In this document: in pieces, positions 37,945-50,530 of the stretch
How positions within the stretch are numbered: the first letter of the stretch is position 1
Layout of the letters: each line of letters opens with the position of its first letter
Assembly (NCBI RefSeq): GCF_006345805.1
Contig: NW_021834177.1
Span: 1-52,168 of the forward strand
Direction: 5' to 3'
DNA length: 52,168 bases
Origin: Octopus sinensis
Lineage: Eukaryota
Program-made: the position numbers and the translations under genes
Notes under the pieces: generated by a model
The model's input: the letters and a program-made list of their open reading frames with translations, nothing else
Database searches by the model: none
Told to the model about the DNA's origin: nothing

Positions 37945-40529
37945 TTCTCTCCAGGAATGACAAGATGTGAACGAGGACAGGTGAGGTCCCTCCTGAACCT
38001 CATCACACCCTGTCATGGAGCAAGTAATACTACTCCAACCAACCAGGGCAGTTAACACACTAACCACTGGATCTCTGCTTCACACAATAATATGGATCTC
38101 ATCCATATGTGAAAGTGACACGGACACTACTCTCGGATCACAACATGTAGAGCTGACCATGTACCGGGCAAAGGAAAGCATAGACATGCAGCCTACAAGA
38201 AACCCTCAGAATCTTTCCAGCTTGAACTTCCATAAGGCAAACTGGAAAACAAATTGGAGAAAGAGATCCTCAAACAAAACTGGCCTGAATGTCTCTCCTC
38301 GCCAGACATCGACGTGAAACTTCAACAATTTATGTCTGTAATGCAAGCCATATGCTACAAATGTGTCCCAGAGAGAAAGGCCACTGTACACAAGAACAAA
38401 ATCCCCAGAGAGAGGAAAATTTTAATGAGACGGCGTACAAAAATTTCAAATCGCCTAACAAACAAATTGAAAGCAGTGAAAAGTCCCGCCCTGAAAATAA
38501 ACTGTTGGAAATTGAAAAATGCCTGCAACTCTCCCATGAAAAGGAAAGAGCAGACAAAGAAGCCTGGGCTATAGACAACATAAAATCTAACCCCAGAGCT
38601 TTCTACAGGTATGCCAAAGAAACAGCTACGGTGCACTGTAGGATAGGGCCACTCCTTGAAAAGGATGGCACACTCACAGGAAAACCAATGAGGGTAAGTG
38701 AAATACTAAATGAGCAATTCAAGAGTGTTTTCACTCCACCCCTTGGGAATTTCCAAATCACCAATCCAACTGACTTCTTTGCCACTGCAGATATAAAATC
38801 AGAGGCGGCGACGATAAATTACATCGATATAAAGGAAGACGATGTAATAAAGGCTATAGATGAAATGAAAACAGACTCAGATACTGGCCCCGATGGATTC
38901 CCGGCAATCCTCCTAAAAGTATGTAAGAGAGTCCTAGCAAGAACACTGCAGTTCCTCTTTCAGAGCTTCCTTGCAGCTGGCAAACTTCCAAGAAAACTGA
39001 AGGAAGGTAAAATATGCCCTATTCATAAAGGAGGTAGCAGAGCGGAGGCCAAGAACTACAGACCTATCTCTCTGACCTCACACATCAGCAAGGTCATGGA
39101 ACGAATAGCCAGAAGGAAACTGATCACCTTCCTGAAGAAAATGACTTGCTGCCTGACACCAACATGGTTTCCGACCAGGGAGAAGCTGCTTAACTCAGCT
39201 CCTACAACACTATGACTGGGTGCTGAAACGACTACTCAACCACTCAAATGTGGAAGTGATATATCTCGACTTTGCAAAGGCCTTTGATAAAGTCGATCAT
39301 GGAATGATATGTCAACAAAACTGCGTTGATCTCAGCATAGTTGGAAAACTGGGAGAATGGCTTCATGACTTTCTGAAAGATAGAAGTCAGGTGGTAGTAG
39401 CCAATGGGCCACTTCCATTAACACGCAAATAGTGAGCGGTGTTCCGCAGGGCACTGTTTTGGGACCACTACTGTTCATAATGGCCTTCTCAGACATGCCC
39501 TCAGCCACGCAGAGAGCCACGATCACAAGTTATGCAGATGATACAAAAGTTTCACAGGCAATACAGAACCCTGAGGACACTAAACGCCTGCAATGTGAGC
39601 TGGACAAAATATACAAGTGGGCTGAAAAGAATAGCATGCAGTTCAATGCTGAAAAGTTTCAAGCTTTATACTATCAGCATGCAAAAAACTAAATGCAATA
39701 CCATTGAATACACTGGACCCGGAGGAATTGCAATCCCAGAGGCACAATCAGTGCGTGACCTGGGTATTTACATGAGTGATGACGCAACCTTTCGTGTACA
39801 TGTTGCTAAATTGGCCAATGAAATGTAGACGACTGGCCGGATGGATTCTCAGAACCTTTAGAACAAGAGAACAAGAAACCATGATGGTCCTCTGGAAGAC
39901 ACTTGTCCTAAGCCACTTTGGACTATTGCTCTCAGCTATGGTCACCATCCAGTGTCAAGTTGATCACAGGATGAGGCGATCCAACGTAGCTACACGAAGA
40001 AGATAGCCTCTATGCAGAAATAAGCTACTGGGAAAGACTCAAGAGATTTAAAAACTCGATTCCTTGGGGCGTAGGCGAGAAAGATATGCCTAATAAATCT
40101 GGAAGATCCTGGAGGGACTTGTCTCAAACTTTGGCACCGAGAGTTACACAAATGCCAGAAGGGCGCCACTGCGTAGTGCTAGGACTCCAAATTTGCCATC
40201 AAGATGTAGGAGAAGATACTCTGATAGCCTGGGCTTCCGAGGCCCACAGCTCTTCAATATCCTCTCGAAGAATCTAAGAGACCTGCATGGGGTGGATGCA
40301 GAGGTCTTTAAAATGAAACTGGATCTCTTCTTGTCAGGTATCCCAGATGAACCAACTTCACGGCAGGAGGTGCAGATGAGGGCAGCTGCATCGAACTCTC
40401 TCATGCACCAAATGGCAGTTGCTAAAAAGCATTCGTGAGGTAAAACCATGTAGCAACACCAAATGGCGGTGCCCCAGCATGGCCACAGCTTATGAGCTGA
40501 AACTAGAATCAATCAATCAATCAATCAAT
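37945..40529 (+). mobile_element. 5'-truncated, frameshifted CR1/L2-group LINE (APE remnant plus RT)
   Basis: GPDGFPAILLK, PIHKGGSRAEAKNYRPISLTSHISKVMER, YLDFAKAFDKVDHG, SGVPQGTVLGPLLF, YADDTKV, VRDLGIYM and GFRGPQLFNIL..LDLFLSGIPDEP. Ends in an (AATC)n tail at 40507-40529. Confidence 0.92.
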
Positions 40530-40584
40530 ATAAGAAATACTAAATTTCTAAATCTCTCGTAGAGACATGTACGGTGGTGGGGCG

Positions 40585-40826
40585 ATAGAATGGTTGTATA
40601 CTGTCAATCTAACACGAACGTGACAGTAGGAGGGTACATCACCGCTGTATAGCCCTAGGAAGCATCGACGCCTCCTGATGGCTTTGACACATTTTTCCCT
40701 GTGTCCTTATATACATTTACGAATGTAAATGTATATAAGGCACAGGAGGCGTCGATGATTCCTAGGCTATACAGCGGCTGTGTACCCCCCTACTGTCACG
40801 TTTGTGTTAGATTGACAGTATACAAC

Positions 40827-40834
<8 letters not shown>
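40585..40834. repeat. 250-bp nested foldback palindrome
   Basis: Outer arms 40585-40677 and 40743-40834. Inner perfect 16-bp hairpin CCTTATATACATTTAC-GAAT-GTAAATGTATATAAGG (40705-40740). Confidence 0.9.
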
Positions 40835-40882
<48 letters not shown>

Positions 40883-41322
40883 TATATATATTTATATATA
40901 TATATAATATATATATATATATATTAGTTTATTTATTTATATGTATATTTATTATTTATTTATTATATATATTTATATATTTTTTATATATATTTATCTA
41001 TTCATTTATATATATATATTTATCTATTCATTTATATATATATATATTATATATATATATATTGATTATTTATATACATTTATTTATTTTATATACATAT
41101 TTACTTATATATTTACATATATATATATATTTACATATTTATATATATATATTTATTTATATATGTATATTTATTTACGTATATATATAATTTATATAAT
41201 TATATATTTATTTATATATAAATAATTATTCATTTATATATATATATTTATTTATTTATATGTATATTTATATATTTATTTATTTATATGTATATTTATA
41301 TATTTATTTATTTATATATATA

Positions 41323-41393
<71 letters not shown>

Positions 41394-41570
41394 TGATCTA
41401 TTTATACATTTATTTATTTATATATACATATTTACTTATATATTTACATATATATATATTTACTTATTTATATATATATATATTTATTTATATTAATATA
41501 TTTATATATATATATTTATTTACGTATATATATATATATATTTTATATAAATATATATATTTATGATATA

Positions 41571-41950
41571 TTTGGCATTGTAAGCTACACCATGCTAGAA
41601 CGGGACGACACTGCATAGTGCCAAAGATCCCAGCAATGCCATCACGCTTCAGGACCAGCTTCTGCAACAGCCTGGGTTTCAAGGGCCCACAGCTTTTTAA
41701 TATTCTCCCAAAGAGTCTGAGGAAATTGCACAAAGTAGATGTAGCGGTTTTTAAATCAAAGCTGGATCTTCCTGTCAAGAGTCCCAGATTAACCTACCTC
41801 ACGGCAAGAGGTGCAAATGAGAGTAGCTGTATCAAACTCCATTTTTCACCAAGTGCCACATATTAGACGAGGTTCGTCGCAATAACAGTGTAGCACAAAA
41901 CGGCGGTGCATCAGCATGGCCGCAGCTCTAAGCTGAAACTAGAAAAAAAA
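41571..41950 (+). mobile_element. 3' fragment of the same CR1/L2-group LINE family
   Basis: SLGFKGPQLFNILPKSLRKLHKVDVAVFKSKLDL, with tail GGCGGTGCATCAGCATGGCCGCAGCTCTAAGCTGAAACTAGAAAAAAAA. Confidence 0.85.
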
Positions 41951-41999
41951 ATATTTATATATATATATATAATTATTCATTTATATATATATATTGTTA

Positions 42000-42210
42000 T
42001 ATTTCGGAATGGTCATATTGCCAGTTTAGCCAATAAAAACACACGCACTATATATTTGGTGTTATTTGCTTCACAGTGTTATTATTTTTTACATTAATCT
42101 TAATCTTATGTGTTTTTATTGGCTAAACTGGCAATATGACCATTCCGAAATACAATATCTGTTTCAATACACGACTTCACATAAAAAATCTTGCACAACA
42201 AATATTTAAA
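42000..42210. repeat. Family D foldback copy with a perfect 44-bp inverted repeat
   Basis: 42000-42043 is the exact reverse complement of 42109-42152. 42153-42210 is the reverse complement of about 36803-36860. Confidence 0.9.
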
Positions 42211-42277
42211 CATATATAATATATATTATATATATAATTATATATATATATATAGTATTATATATTATATATATATG

Positions 42278-45200
42278 AGAAAATAGTAAAGTGTGAAAAA
42301 ACGACAGAAGGCTTAAATGTTAAAAATATATATATTGTGTCAAATGAGACTGAACAAGTGAAACCTTCAAAAATGAATTGGGTACAAATAATCCTTCCTT
42401 AAGAAATTACAATAAATAAAAAAGAAAACCTAACAACCCACGAACAACCCCCAACTATCCTCCATACCACTAAAAACAGAAATCACCACAACCAACCTTT
42501 ACAAACCACGCTAGACTTAACAGGGAACTAGCTGACAGAGGACGCGTCTATGAAAGAAATTACACCAAAAACAGAACAAACCAACAACATCCTAATACCA
42601 GACCCAACCACCATACAGCACAATACGACACTAGGATATAAATACACCACACACAAATCACTACTACCCCATGACAAAACTACTGGTCCCCACTAAACAC
42701 ACAAGACAAACGCAAAGAAACACTATGTCAAGCAACATCCCACATACAAGAAGTTCGAACAAAAATATTTCCCATACAGAAATTTTACACACCACCACAC
42801 AGCATTAACAACCATAGATTCCCACACACACACAACGATCGGAGGCAACAATCCCACCACTCCCCCGACCAATACCACACAACCTCACAGACAACTCATA
42901 CAAACAAAATTACACCCAACATTTTTAGCCAGGGACCAGGGACACCAGGACACAGGCTGGAACCTAGTAATAAGGAAAAACCGAAGATAATCATCTTCAA
43001 CCAAACCTCTTTCTAACATAAAAATTGACATCCTCGCAAAAGGGCTCAAATTTACACCAACTCCACGCAGAGCAAACCTAAATGAACTCAAGGATAATAT
43101 AACAGAATTTTGCAGAAAATTAAGACTAGCAGAAGCAACAAACAGTTTCAATACTGAAGATGAATCACTAGTCAAGAACAAAAGTGAACACATCCCACAC
43201 AGAGGAAGAAATAAAAAGATCTTGACGAATTCTGTAACCACATTGAGAACTTCCCCTACCATACTATACATAAACAGAAAGCTAACCCAAATTTTAACAC
43301 TACACAATGGAAAGAACTGATAGAACTCCAAAATGATGAAGATATAACCATTAAGGAAGCGGACAAGGAAATGCAGTTGTAAATGGATACATCATACTAC
43401 AGAAATCTTGTAATTTCCTTGCTTGATGAAGACCTACATTATGAAAAAATTACCAACTACAACACCCACACAAAAAATAATGAAAACTCTATCTTCACTA
43501 ATTAAAACCCATGAAAAGGAACTGACAACCAAAGAGATTGATTTCCTAACAAACTTTAAATGCAAACCTAGCCTTTTCTATGGTCTGCCAAAAATTCATA
43601 AAAGTCAAATTATAAATGAAACCATTAAAAAAATCACCAAGACATACATACACACACCTAATCCGGGGACCTAAAACTACGACCCATTGAGCTGGCCCAA
43701 CCTGTGAAACACACAGACTAAGTCTACTTATGGACATCCTCCTGAAACCCTCCTTAAACATATCGATAGCCATATCAGAGATGACTTAGATATGTTAAAC
43801 CACCTTCCAAAAAAAACAAGGAAGAAACAATCCTGGTTTCATTTGATGTAGTCAACTTGTATACCAGTATACCTCATAATTATGGACTGGAGGCAATACA
43901 GTCTGGTTAGACCAATTCCGGAAGAAATACCAAAAAGGATCAGTAAGGAATTCATTACTAAATCAATTGAATTCATCCACACAATAACCACTTCATGTTT
44001 GACAATACATTTTACCGTCAAAAATCCGGAATTGCTATGGGTACAAGGGCAGCACCAGTCATTGCGAACTTAACAATGGGATACATGGAAATAATCATTT
44101 ACCAGGAATCTCTATCTCTTTGGAAACTCCCTCTCTCAATACATAAAAGAGAATTGGAAACGATTCCTAGACGATTGTTTCATTCTCTGGAATGAAAACA
44201 TAGATAAACTCCTAAAATTTAAAAACCTATTGAACAGCATAAACCCAAATATACAGTTCACAATGGAATACAACCAAAAGGAGCTCCCTTCTTGGATATA
44301 CTAATTAAAAAAATTAACCTTAAAATAGAAACAGACATTTTTTACAAAGCCACAGACGCCAAACAATACCTTCTTTTTAATTCATGCCACCCAAGACACA
44401 CTAAAACAAACACCCCTTCAACCTTGCAAGAAGGATATGCACAATAGTGTCAAACAAAATACCAGGAACTTTAGACTGCAAGAACTCAAAAACACCCTAA
44501 TTGATAGACATTACCCAGCTCAACTCATAGAGGATGGGATCAGACGTGCAACAGAAATCAACATAGAAACTTTAAGAAAAGTTCAACACAACAACACACC
44601 TTCCCGAAATACTGCCTTACATATCTACATACAACCCCAGAAACAAAGAAGCTTCACAATCATCACCCAGAATTTACCAATACTTCATAAAAACCCAAAA
44701 TTAAAGGAAATTCTAAACATACACCAAATCATTAAAAGCTACAAACAGCCTAAATCACTTAAAAAGATTCTCACAAAGGCAAAATTGTCTTCTAAAATAC
44801 GGATGCAAAATAAAAAATGTGGTAGATCGAACTGTGCACATTCCTAACCTATTGGAAGGATCAGAATTCTTCTTTAAAGAGGGACAGAAATTCAAGATCA
44901 AATCTAACTTTACTTGTGCCTCTGAAAACATAATTTATGTTATTAAATGCTCGGGCTGCCACCAAGACTACGTGGGTTCAACGGACTATCACTCAGGCGT
45001 AGATGCACACTGCATCGACAACAGATTGCATTCCCAGAATATAGAATGATACCTTTTAGTGAGCACATTGAGAAATGCGCAAAGCAAATACTGCCACAAT
45101 TTTTAATCTCCCATTTTAACCAATGTGCTTTCGGATCATCAACACAAATGAGACTGAACAAGGAAACATTCTTCATTGAAAAGTACAAACCCAGACTCAA

Positions 45201-45544
45201 CCATCCGAACATACTGACCAGAGAAAAACAGAAAACAGGAAAGGGTAAAGAAATTTTTAAGCGATTATCTCCCTTACACCGGAAGAAATCACTCACTACC
45301 TCCCCTTATTTAGAAATCTCCTGTTAATAAACAACAACGATAACTCCATGTAATAAACATAACGTCACAAGAAATTTGAAAAGCTACACGCAAACCGGTA
45401 ATTTCTTTAAAAAATTTTATAATTATGTCATTTTAAGGAAAGGAAAAAAATTTTTCCAATATTCTCCAGACATTTTGACACAAATATATATATTTTTTTA
45501 ACATTTAAGCCTTCTGTCGTTTTTTTTACACTTTACTATTTTCT
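42278..45544 (+). mobile_element. Decayed Penelope-like element (RT plus GIY-YIG), probably Neptune-type
   Basis: ILAKGLKFTPTP, FYGLPKIHK, SFDVVNLYTSIPH, SGIAMGTRAAPVIANL, RFLDDCF, LPFLDILI, QYLLFNSCHP, a Cys-rich linker (CGRSNCAH..FTC) and the GIY-YIG IIYVIKCSGCHQDYVGST. About 70-bp inverted termini (42278-42346, 45471-45544). Many frameshifts. Confidence 0.92.
45369..45407 (+). ncRNA. Degenerate minimal type I hammerhead ribozyme in the PLE 3' terminal region
   Basis: AAGAAAT-TTGAAAA-GCTACACGC-AAA-CCGGTA-ATTTCTT. Perfect 7-bp stem I and a palindromic ACCGGT stem III. The core has C3>T, G8>A and a lost G12. Confidence 0.6.
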
Positions 45545-45591
45545 TATATATTCACCCACGTGCTTTACCAAACAAAACTTTCTTATCTATC

Positions 45592-45651
<60 letters not shown>

Positions 45652-46065
45652 ATGTAATGCATTTTATGCATGTTCCTTATATGTAATATGTAAATATTTA
45701 TTAAGGTATGACAAGATATTTACATATGTATACACAAGTGCATATTTATATGTGTGCGTGTGTGTGTGTATTAGTAAGCAATGTACATGACTATACAATG
45801 GTATTATTACGACCGTTATTCACATGATAAATCATACAAGTAACAAGCTACTAAACGTACCAAGACGCTATGGCTGGTCACTGGTGTCGTTGCAACCCCT
45901 TTCCCACCCGTTGTTTCCCTAATGAATTAATTAAAGCTTTGGCCAGATGCCAGTTATCCTTAGTTTTATGCTCACATCGACATGTACTTTTAAATACTCT
46001 TAAAATTAAAAGGCAGCATGTGACTCATTCGTTCATCTTTACAAAGATTTACACACTTATATACA

Positions 46066-46104
<39 letters not shown>

Positions 46105-46319
46105 ATAATCAAAAAGGATAATAACATAGATTGTTGTTACCAGTGGCCTAGCACAAAAGACGAATTAGTCATTAGACAAAATATTATTCATACAGAAAAA
46201 TATTATTCATATAGAAATATAATTAAGGGCTCCTAAATAAGGAAGCCTAGTGCTGGGGACACAAAAAGGGATAAATTCATCGAGAGTGAAAATCAAAAAC
46301 ATTTATCATTAACGATATA

Positions 46320-46397
46320 TCCCGGACCGATCAGTTTCAACCTCTTTCTAGCAAAACAGACAGAATATGTTTGCTAAGGCCGGATTCATCAGCGGGA
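46320..46397 (-). ncRNA. Type I hammerhead ribozyme with canonical core
   Basis: Minus strand: TCCCG-CTGATGA-[47-nt stem II region ATCC...GGTT]-GAAA-CTGATCG-GTC-CGGGA. Perfect 5-bp stem I and all conserved core nucleotides. Predicted GUC cleavage between plus-strand positions 46325 and 46324. Confidence 0.85.
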
Positions 46398-46640
46398 CGC
46401 CTTTGTTAAAATGAGAAGCACAGAACGTTAGACCATGCGTCGATCTAAACATTTTGTAAATCTTAACTTTTCAAACCTCTGCGCAGACGCAAAACATACT
46501 CGGCAATATAGGGCATGCCGGTAAAAAATTGTTTACGAACAAATCTATCAAGTAATATGTGAATATAATCAAATATGTGAATATATATATATATTATATA
46601 TAATATATAATATATATATATATATATATATACACATACA

Positions 46641-46800
46641 ATTGAGAATGCGTGTCTGTTTGTCCGTATGTGTGCATCACTAAAACTCCCCAACCGATTT
46701 CATTCAAACTTTATACATGCCTTACTTAGGGTCCATGATGTGTAATGGACCTAAACAAATTACAACTTCTTGCCTAATGCGGGCCCAGAACAATCTCTTA
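46641..46800 (+). mobile_element. Possible 5' end of a non-autonomous Helitron-like element
   Basis: GAGAATGCGTGTCTGTTTGTCCGTATG...AACCGATTTCATTCAAACTT after (TA)n resembles 5' regions of small invertebrate Helitron derivatives (from memory). No 3' end found. Confidence 0.35.
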
Positions 46801-46939
46801 CACAGGTTCGGTATTCCTTTTCAAAAGTGAAACAATGACATCTATATTGTAATGATATTGTACTTTCACTTTTCTTCTTTCACTTTTATATTGCTTCATA
46901 TCGTACCAATTGCAACGTTACAAGGTATTTACAGTTACT

Positions 46940-48060
46940 TGTCTGTCTGTGTGTCTCTCTGTAATCACAACTGTCTGTCGGACTGTCTGCCTGTTCCAAT
47001 GCATTCAACGTCACATTCTGTATATGCATGTATGTGCCTCTCAGCGTATGAGTGTGTACGTATCTGTCAGTGTGTGTGTGTGCTTCCGCCTTCCAGGATA
47101 ACATCACATTTTGTATATGACTGTCAATGTCTGTGTAAGTATATGAGGCGTCACATTTTCTATATGAGTGACTATGTCTGTGCGTGTGAGTGTATGAGTG
47201 TGTATATGTCTTAGCGTGTGTGTCTTCCACCTTGCATTATTCAGATCTCATACACACACACACACATATACATATAGATATGTGACGACTGACATGTGCT
47301 AATCTATGCTCTTTCCCTATCCAATTCAAGGAAACGACGGTACTTATGACACGTGTCCGGAATCTAATTTACTGATAAGTTCTGGTCCTATCTGAGATTC
47401 TAAATGGAGTCTAGAAATTCTTCCTAGACATCCAGCCTATTGTTCTCTCAACGAAGATCATATATCTATGAGTTCCGAACTTCACTCGTAACCTTTTCTA
47501 AGCCATGAACACTTGAAACAGAGAACGTGTCACCTACATTCATTTACCTATTGTTTCAACGATATATCTTCAGTATATGAGTGTGTCTGTGTCTGTCAGT
47601 GTATGTGTGTGAGAGTATGAATGTGTCTGTCAGTGTGTGTGTGTGTATGTTTCCGCGTTCGATGACGTCACATTTTCTGTATGAGTGTCTATGTGTGCGT
47701 GAGTGTATGAGTATGTATGAGTCTGAGGTTGTGTGTGTTTCCGCGTTATCTACATTATTCAACAGACGCACATCTACACATAATATACATACGTGACGAC
47801 TGACATGCGTTAATATACGCCTTTCCCTATACAATCGCAGGATACGACGGTACGCATGGATTACCAGGCTGTATATACAAAATTCTTTGTCTGTTTGTAA
47901 TCACAACTGTCTGTCTCTTTCCAGTGCATTCTTCGTCGCATTCTGTATATGAGTGGGTATGCGTTTATCAGTGTATGTATGTAAGTTTATGTGCGTGAAT
48001 GTTTCTGTCAGTGTGTATGTGTGTGTTTCCGCGTTTGACGACGACGTCATATTTTGTATG
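46940..48060. repeat. Old, diverged tandem duplications rich in TG
   Basis: GTGACGACTGACATG at 47282 and 47793; GTAATCACAACTGTCTGTC at 46961 and 47897; recurring CGTCACATTTT. Confidence 0.7.
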
Positions 48061-48842
48061 TCCGGGATTTAAGTCACTGAGCAGTTCTGTCCAAACCTCG
48101 CTTGCTCCTACCTGAGATTCGAAATCGAACCTACAAATTCTCCCTACACATACTGCTATTCTTCTGTCAAGCACGAACGCAGGTCTATGTGTTTTGCTCT
48201 GGACTCATCACCTTTTAGTGGTCAGTCCTAAAAAATTTGTAACCTTCAGATTTTTTTTAAATGTGCTAGGCCACTGGTTTTAATTTATTAATATCAATTT
48301 CTACCCTTATTTAATTTTAAATTTAAAAATGCTCTCTAGCCGGTAAATTAACTGTTGTAGTTTATTAACTGCAGAGTAATTTCCGATCTCAGCGCACCAA
48401 AGTGAAGGCATTTGAAAGATACGCATAAATGTAATTGTAGAACTTTATACATATTGGATTTTGGTCGAGCGTTCTGTATCTAGTTCTGGAAATTATGTTT
48501 CGTAAACGACAGACTACGCTGACGACCTTGCAGATGTTTACGTATCCATATACGTAAGTATTAGCAAGTGAAACTAATTAGTACATAGGTAATCGTTTTT
48601 TATTTCGTATATTTTCATTTGTCTTACTTATTTTTAGACTTTGGTTTTTTTGCTGAATTTTTTCTTGAGAATACATTCTTCGTGGAAAATAGCGATTTTG
48701 ACATTTATATCTAGCACACAGACTGTCCCCTTTTAGAGGTCAGTCCTCTAAATTTTGTATGTAAAATATTTTTAATCTTCGGACATTTTAAAAATATGCT
48801 AGGCTACTGGTTTTAATTGATTAATATCAACTTTTACCCTTA

Positions 48843-48882
<40 letters not shown>

Positions 48883-48884
<2 letters not shown>

Positions 48885-49219
48885 TTACCCCAACCGCAGA
48901 ACGGGACGCCACTGCATGGTGCCAAAGATTCCAACATCACCATCAAAATACAGGCCCAGATACTGCAACAGCTTGGGTTTCAGAGGACCACAGCTCTTTA
49001 ACATCCTCCCTAAATGCCTGAGAGACTTACATGGTGTGGATGTGGGTTTCTTTAAAACTAAACTGGATCTCTTCTTGTCGGGAGTCCCAGATGAACCTAC
49101 CTCACGACAGGAGACGCAGATGTGGGCAGCAGCGTCGAAATACCTTGTTGATCAAGTGCCACGTATCAGAGGTGAATTCACATATTAGTGTAGCTCATTC
49201 AGCGGTGGTGCCCCAGCAT
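48883..49219 (+). mobile_element. Second 3' fragment of the CR1/L2-group LINE family
   Basis: CNSLGFRGPQLFNILPKCLRDLHGVDVGFFKTKLDLFLSGVPDEPTSRQE, ending at GGTGCCCCAGCAT before (GATA)n. Confidence 0.85.
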
Positions 49220-49324
49220 AGATAGACAGATAGATAGATAGATAGATAGATATAGATATATAGATAGATAGATATAGATATATAGATAAATATAGATAGA
49301 TAGATATAGATATATAGATAGATA

Positions 49325-49393
<69 letters not shown>

Positions 49394-49677
49394 AAGATAG
49401 ATAGATACATCTATATATATATAGATAGATATTCTCTCTCTATATAATAGATAGATATATCTATATATATATAGAGATATATATATAAAGATATATATAT
49501 AATAGATAGATAGAGAGATATATCTATATATATATATAGATATATATAAGATATATATATATAGATATAGATACATATGAAAGAATATAAATAGAGATAT
49601 CTATATATATATAATATAATATATATATATATAATATATGGATATATAGATATCTAGATATAGATATTTATATATAT

Positions 49678-49755
<78 letters not shown>

Positions 49756-49805
49756 TTTATATAATAGATTTTATAGAATATATATTATATATATATAATA
49801 TATAT

Positions 49806-49874
<69 letters not shown>

Positions 49875-50492
49875 TGTTTTCGAACGTTATTCTTTTAGTG
49901 ACCGGAATGACGTAAATGAAAATTTGGTGCTTTTTAATGGAGTGAGCAGCAAGAAATCGAAGTTTTTGTGTCGCCCGGGAGAAATGCATGTTTAGAATTT
50001 TAGGTAAAGAGGTATGGATGGTGGAGACAGTGTTTCTAGTTTGATAGACTTACTTGTATGTATGTGTGTGTGTCTGTATGTGAGTGTGTGCTTTGCGTTG
50101 TGTATATGTATATACACATTAAGAAGTATGCATGTTTTCGCGTACGATAGTAGATTCATGTTCCAGGTGACAATGTGACTTGAATCACGTGACACCGTGT
50201 TTAATAAGTTAATGCATAAACTGCGTAGCACTTGATCCTATAACAGGATATTTTCTATCTTCACCCCTCTTTGCCTTTGATGAGTGAATTGTCTTTGAGA
50301 TGGTAACGAAACAGAGAAAGTCAGAAAGACAGCAAATGTGCTAGAAACAGAGAGAAACAGAGAGAGAGAATCTGAGAGAGAAGGAAATGTATTTAACGAG
50401 AACGGAGCCATATATACATGTGTGTGCATGTATGTACTTATATGCACATGCCTGTGTATGTATATATACATATATATATATATGTATTTATA

Positions 50493-50530
<38 letters not shown>

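Noticed and set aside
47545-47580. CTGAAGA-TATATCGTT-GAAAC-AATAG-GTA on the minus strand (hammerhead-like spacing)
   Set aside because: Stem II cannot pair and stem I is not adjacent-paired, so it is likely a chance match.
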